A DNA stretch of 64,000 nt. Source: the human T2T-CHM13v2.0 reference genome, Homo sapiens. The stretch's first letter is position 1. Every line of letters starts with the position of its first letter. Of this stretch, positions 59,221 through 64,000 are shown piece by piece. Location: the NCBI RefSeq assembly GCF_009914755.1, contig NC_060927.1; one strand, written 5' to 3'. The position numbers were made by a program, and so were the translations under genes. The notes under the pieces were generated by a model, which had not been told where the DNA came from, did no database searches, and saw only the letters and a program-made list of their open reading frames with translations.

Positions 59221-62200
59221 ACACAAATTTAAAAAGCTGAGCTTCACAGTTAAGGCCATTGGAACAAAATGGTCCCTCTTAGACCTATTTATATGTTGTA
59301 AAATTTTGCAGATGTAAATTATTGCTCAATTTCTAAAAGAGTATGATTGCAAACTGTCCAATTAACAACTGTAGTTATCAATTCATTTTTAAAGCTTATT
59401 TTTATGACTGATCACACTATTCTATCACTTAGTCTTATAAAACCATAATTTTATTAAAATGAGGATATATAATCAAATTAATCTTTACTATTTGTTAAAG
59501 AAGTATGTTTCACGTTTCTACTAGTAACATTATCATGATTACCTGTGCAGACACTTATACTTGTGTGTGTGAGTGGAATATAATACATATGAGTGCCCTT
59601 TCCTAGGTTTATTTTTTTATTATATAGACTTCAGCTTAAAAATAAGATAATTTTTACTATATTCTAATTATTTTATCCATGAAAATACTGAAGAGTTAAT
59701 GTATGATTTGATGATTGATCTCCTAATTAAGTTTTTACTAATTTGCATATATCTCAGATCCATTCAAGAGAAAATAAAACATTTCACAAGAAGATTACTA
59801 ATCAAACCTAATAGTTAATATGTCAAGCATTTAAAGTTCTTATAAACACTTTGTTACTCTCCTAATAAATTGTTTTGCCAAATATTCTATACATTCCAGC
59901 ATTGGCCTTGAATTTTTTGCAATGTTTGACTTTATATTATTATACTCATCTGTGTTATTTTACTTTTGCTTTTACTCAAATCTGTATCAAAATGTTGAAA
60001 TACCAATTATCCTCTATATGAAAATAATTAATTTGTCTTTTAAAATTGCTTTTGTTTCATATTGACTATTTTGTTTTTAATTATGTTTGTTTATAAATAA
60101 AACACTTTACATGAACATAGTGTATATGATAAATATAGTAAATAATCGAATAAAGGTGTATTATGTTATTATGTTTTCTAATGTTAACTACTACATGATT
60201 TTGTTATAAAGTTGCAAAATGAACTTAATCACTATTCTTTTTATGTTGTAATGTGTGATCTTTTAATGTGCTTAAAACTTGCTTTAACCTCTGAGTTGGA
60301 GGCTCTCTTATTCAGAGGCAAGGAACAACTACTGGCTAAATCAAATATATATTTCAAACAAGGATATTTTAAATTTCAGTCAGGGAAACATAGCTTTTAT
60401 GTTAATGCTTCCATTTTTATCAAAATTGGTCTCTTTCTAAAATGATTCCACTCAACTTACCCTACTCATTAACATGAAATATATGAAGGACATGTGTCTC
60501 TTACAAAGCTAATAATACCTCTGTCCCTAGAGAAAATGCAATATGAATACCAAAAGTTGATGGGCTGGATTGTCTAAAAAATGGGGTGCAGATGGGAAGG
60601 TCTCATTTGAATAATTCAGAAACAACTCCATCTAAAAGTTTGAAGAAGAATTTTTACAACTTATTGAGGTCACCTTCATCTCTTACATATTAATTGAAAT
60701 GATTTTTTTTCTTACTTGTCTTTAAGCATATAGAAGAAGAACATTTGAAGGATCTTGTTAAGCACACTCCAGTACTTAACTATAATATCTTTTCACAGTA
60801 TTCAGAAGATTGTGCTGGTGAAGTAATACAGTTAATAAAAATGTTACATCATAGAAGTTATAAAGATTTAAATCAAACAAAAATCATCATATTCCAGTCA
60901 CTGCTTTCTTAATGGCAGTAGATAATTGAGACCTGCTCATTCTAAAGTTAAAAATATCATTTCCTTAAGGAATAGTAGTCTGGAATGGGTTCAGGGGAAG
61001 ATTAGATAAGCTATGAACTCTGTACTTTGTCTCCGTAGATCAATGAGACCATTAAAAATCAAGTGCATTAAAATTTGCTATCAAATATGGGCTATCAAAG
61101 AACATTTATCAAGCTTGCAAATGACACAGTTCCAATTTATTACATGCACAAAAATTCTCATCACTTTTCTATCTTAAGTTCCTTAATTTATCTTGACCTC
61201 GCTAGGTCAAGATTTTAGAGGTAAGCAAAAATTTCTGCCCCCTGTCCACATGTCAATAAAAACAAACAAAATCTTAAATAAAAAGACCTAATATCATCTT
61301 TTGCCAATATACACAAATAAATTACATTTAAAATGCTATATTTTTAAAAATAGTATATTCTGTGACATGTGAAAACATGCTCGTTAATGAAATGTGCATG
61401 TCGTTATTCTAAGCCATCCAAACTCCAAAGAGTCACAGATTGTCTCTGTAAGAGGCCAAGCTATAGAGCTACAAGTTCACATTACAATGAAAATGAATGG
61501 CATATTGAAACATTTGAGGTGGAATATAAAATCTACTTGCATATATAGTGCTAATATAAAAGAAATTTTTTTCTATTGCTGACCATTATAAACTTGTTTA
61601 TATAATGTTTTTAACTATAATTAAGTCATTTTTCCATATAATCTTTTCCTGAGAATGACATACAAAAGTAATACTAATAAAAGCATTATTTAGGAAAAAG
61701 ACACTGTTTTTGATCTATGATCTCTTAATTCTCTATGATTAGCTAAAAGAGTACATAATTTTAATTCTGTAATTGAGTCAAAAATGGTTTGAAATTCAAG
61801 ACAATTTTGAATTTCATCATAAGAAACATTCAGTGATGCATTTTACAATAAAGGAATTATATATACATATATATTATTTATATATATGGTTAATATAATT
61901 ATAAGAAAATGCAGACATTTCTGTTGATAACCTATTGCCTTTTAAATCAGATCTCTCCAATTTGGACATATGAATTAGCAATTTTTCTTCGACTTAATCA
62001 TAAAAAATCTATTTGATGTATTGTCTATAATCAAAATATAAAGGGATATTAGAATCAGTTTTAAATTTTATTATGCGATATACTGGGGGTTAATATAACA
62101 CCTACACTTACACTTGCCTCCTTTTTAGTAGTAGGTATTAGCATAAATATTGATACACTGATAAAACTCACTTTATTATTTATTAATTTACTCACTGAAT

Positions 62201-62259
62201 AATTTCTGTGAATAAAGTTAGAATTAAAATATAACCCAGTAATTTAGCAATGACATATT

Positions 62260-62774
62260 TGACAGTATAAAGTGTCAACTTGACTTGGCTAAGGGATACA
62301 CAGATGGCTGGTAAAATGTTTCTGATGTGTTTGTGAGTGTTTTCTGAAAAGACTATCATTTGAATCAGTAGGCTGAGTAACAGTATGCCTTTCCCAGTGT
62401 GAGTGGGCATTATCTATTCTGCTGACTGCCTAAATAAAGCAAAAAGGTGAGGGGCGAACATATTCTCTCTCTGTGTCTCTGTCTGTCTCTCTCTCTCCTT
62501 AAGCTGGGATACTCATCTTTTTCTAATTTTAATCAGAGCTTCTGGTGTTTGGACCTTTAGATTCCAAGACTTACACCAGCTGCCCTCTCTATTTCGGGCT
62601 TGGATTGAATTACATCACTGGTTTTCATGGGTCTCCAGCTCTCAAACCCAGGAAGCTTGGAACTTCTTGGCCTCCATAATCATGTGAGCCAATTCTCATA
62701 ATAAATCTCCTCTTACATGTGTCTCTCTCTATATAACCCATTGGTTATTTCTCTGGAGAGCCCTGACTAACACA
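62260..62774 (+). mobile_element. MLT2B-like ERVL solo LTR
   Basis: GTGTCAACTTGACT.GGCTAAGGGATAC.CAGAT.GCTGGTAAA..CCTCCATAATCATGTGAGCCAATT..AATAAA..CCCTGACTAACACA. Confidence 0.9.
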
Positions 62775-63059
62775 ACATGGTAGAGAACTCAGAAGTTTCC
62801 TTTTGCTCCTTTAAGCTATTTTGGCCTTCAAAAATACTCTGTGAAAAAGGGCATGAAGCCTCTGTAAAATTACATTAGACCATAGTAATATCTATAGATA
62901 CTTATTAAGGTAAGTTGCTAAATCTTCACTACTTAACCACTGAAGATAAAAATATTGACATGTTCCATTTCTTGATAACTTCTTACAGTGTAAACCATTT
63001 TGATCACCAGAACACTACAAATCAGAAAATAACTTTACACTTTTGATATACATTTTGAC

Positions 63060-63500
63060 AGCAAGTGAGGAACAGAACAAAGAACTTTTGTGATGGGATC
63101 AGACATAACTCACTATTTATCAATGTATGATCCTTTGGAATTTGCCTGACTTTTTAAAATATTACTTTATACAATTTGAAAACCAAGAAGAATTTCTCAC
63201 ATTCAGGTATATTGTAACAAAATCAATATATTATGCACATAAAACTTAGCAAATGATATTTTGACATATTTGTAATTTAAAAAGAATGAGTGATTCAGTG
63301 TAATGTTGGAAATAGTAAAAACTATAAAGTAACACTAATCAGAGTTCAAATCATGAAATTGAGCTGTATGACCTTGAGAAAATTTTTAAGAGTATTTCAA
63401 CATTCATGAATTTATCTTTACTGGAATATAAAAAGTCCCTCTTTAAGGATTAAATTAGATACCCCCATTTGCAAATCGTCTAACATAAAACAGTTATAGA
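63060..63500 (+). mobile_element. Two adjacent degenerate MIR fragments
   Basis: TGTATGATCCTTTG and GAGTTCAAATC..AGCTGTATGACCTTGAGAAA..AGGATTAAATTAGATA resemble the MIR core. Confidence 0.5.
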
Positions 63501-64000
63501 TATTACAAGATTTATTTTTATAAATGACAAGATTTAAAATTGTTATTCTTTAATTATTAGAACTAAAGATCAGAAGATGACCTACCTTGATTGAGATACC
63601 ATTTGAACACTCCAATTTCTGATTTCTCGAGACGAGTTAGCCATATGATAAGAGATATTCCAAAGAAAGGAGACACACTCTAAAGACTCATTCAGGCAAT
63701 ACTCTACTAATTATTACTTGTAAATTTAGTACTGTATCTAGTAATAATATGGTGTCTCTAAATGTACCTTTCTTTTCCATAATCTAAGAAAGGAAAAGTA
63801 CATTGAGAGGTAGCATGAATGGTGTTATGCCATCATTGTATTCCATATAAAATTATATTTATTTTTATCTTGAAAGAAATGAACATATAACATTTGAATA
63901 AAGGCATTCAAAATAACAATGTCAACACCATGGATTCTATTTCATAAGAGCAAAATGTTGTTTGGTGATATTCTAAACACTAAAAAAAAATAACACTGCA

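Noticed and set aside
61095-61132. TTTATCAAGCTTGCAAATGACACA (FIKLANDT), reminiscent of the CR1/L3 RT motif IKFADDT
   Set aside because: Too short, and I could not extend the similarity by eye

Overview
AT-rich primate genomic DNA (AluY, THE1 and L1PA elements point to an anthropoid, probably catarrhine/human genome) that looks like a gene desert or deep intron. I find no credible protein-coding exon, RNA gene or CRISPR array. The ORF track is explained by transposon relics, microsatellites or chance. Much of the window is recognisable interspersed repeat: L1, L2, Alu, MIR, MaLR/ERVL/ERV1 LTR elements and DNA transposons, several nested and with visible target-site duplications. Subfamily names come from recalled consensus sequences and are approximate. 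I do not see a novel biological system. The most noteworthy observations are (i) a ~290-bp locally templated copy inserted into an old L1, (ii) an AluJ that appears to carry a ~30-nt 3' transduced segment inside its TSD, (iii) a 99-nt minus-strand candidate non-coding exon with strong splice sites, and (iv) several fold-back or patchwork repair scars.
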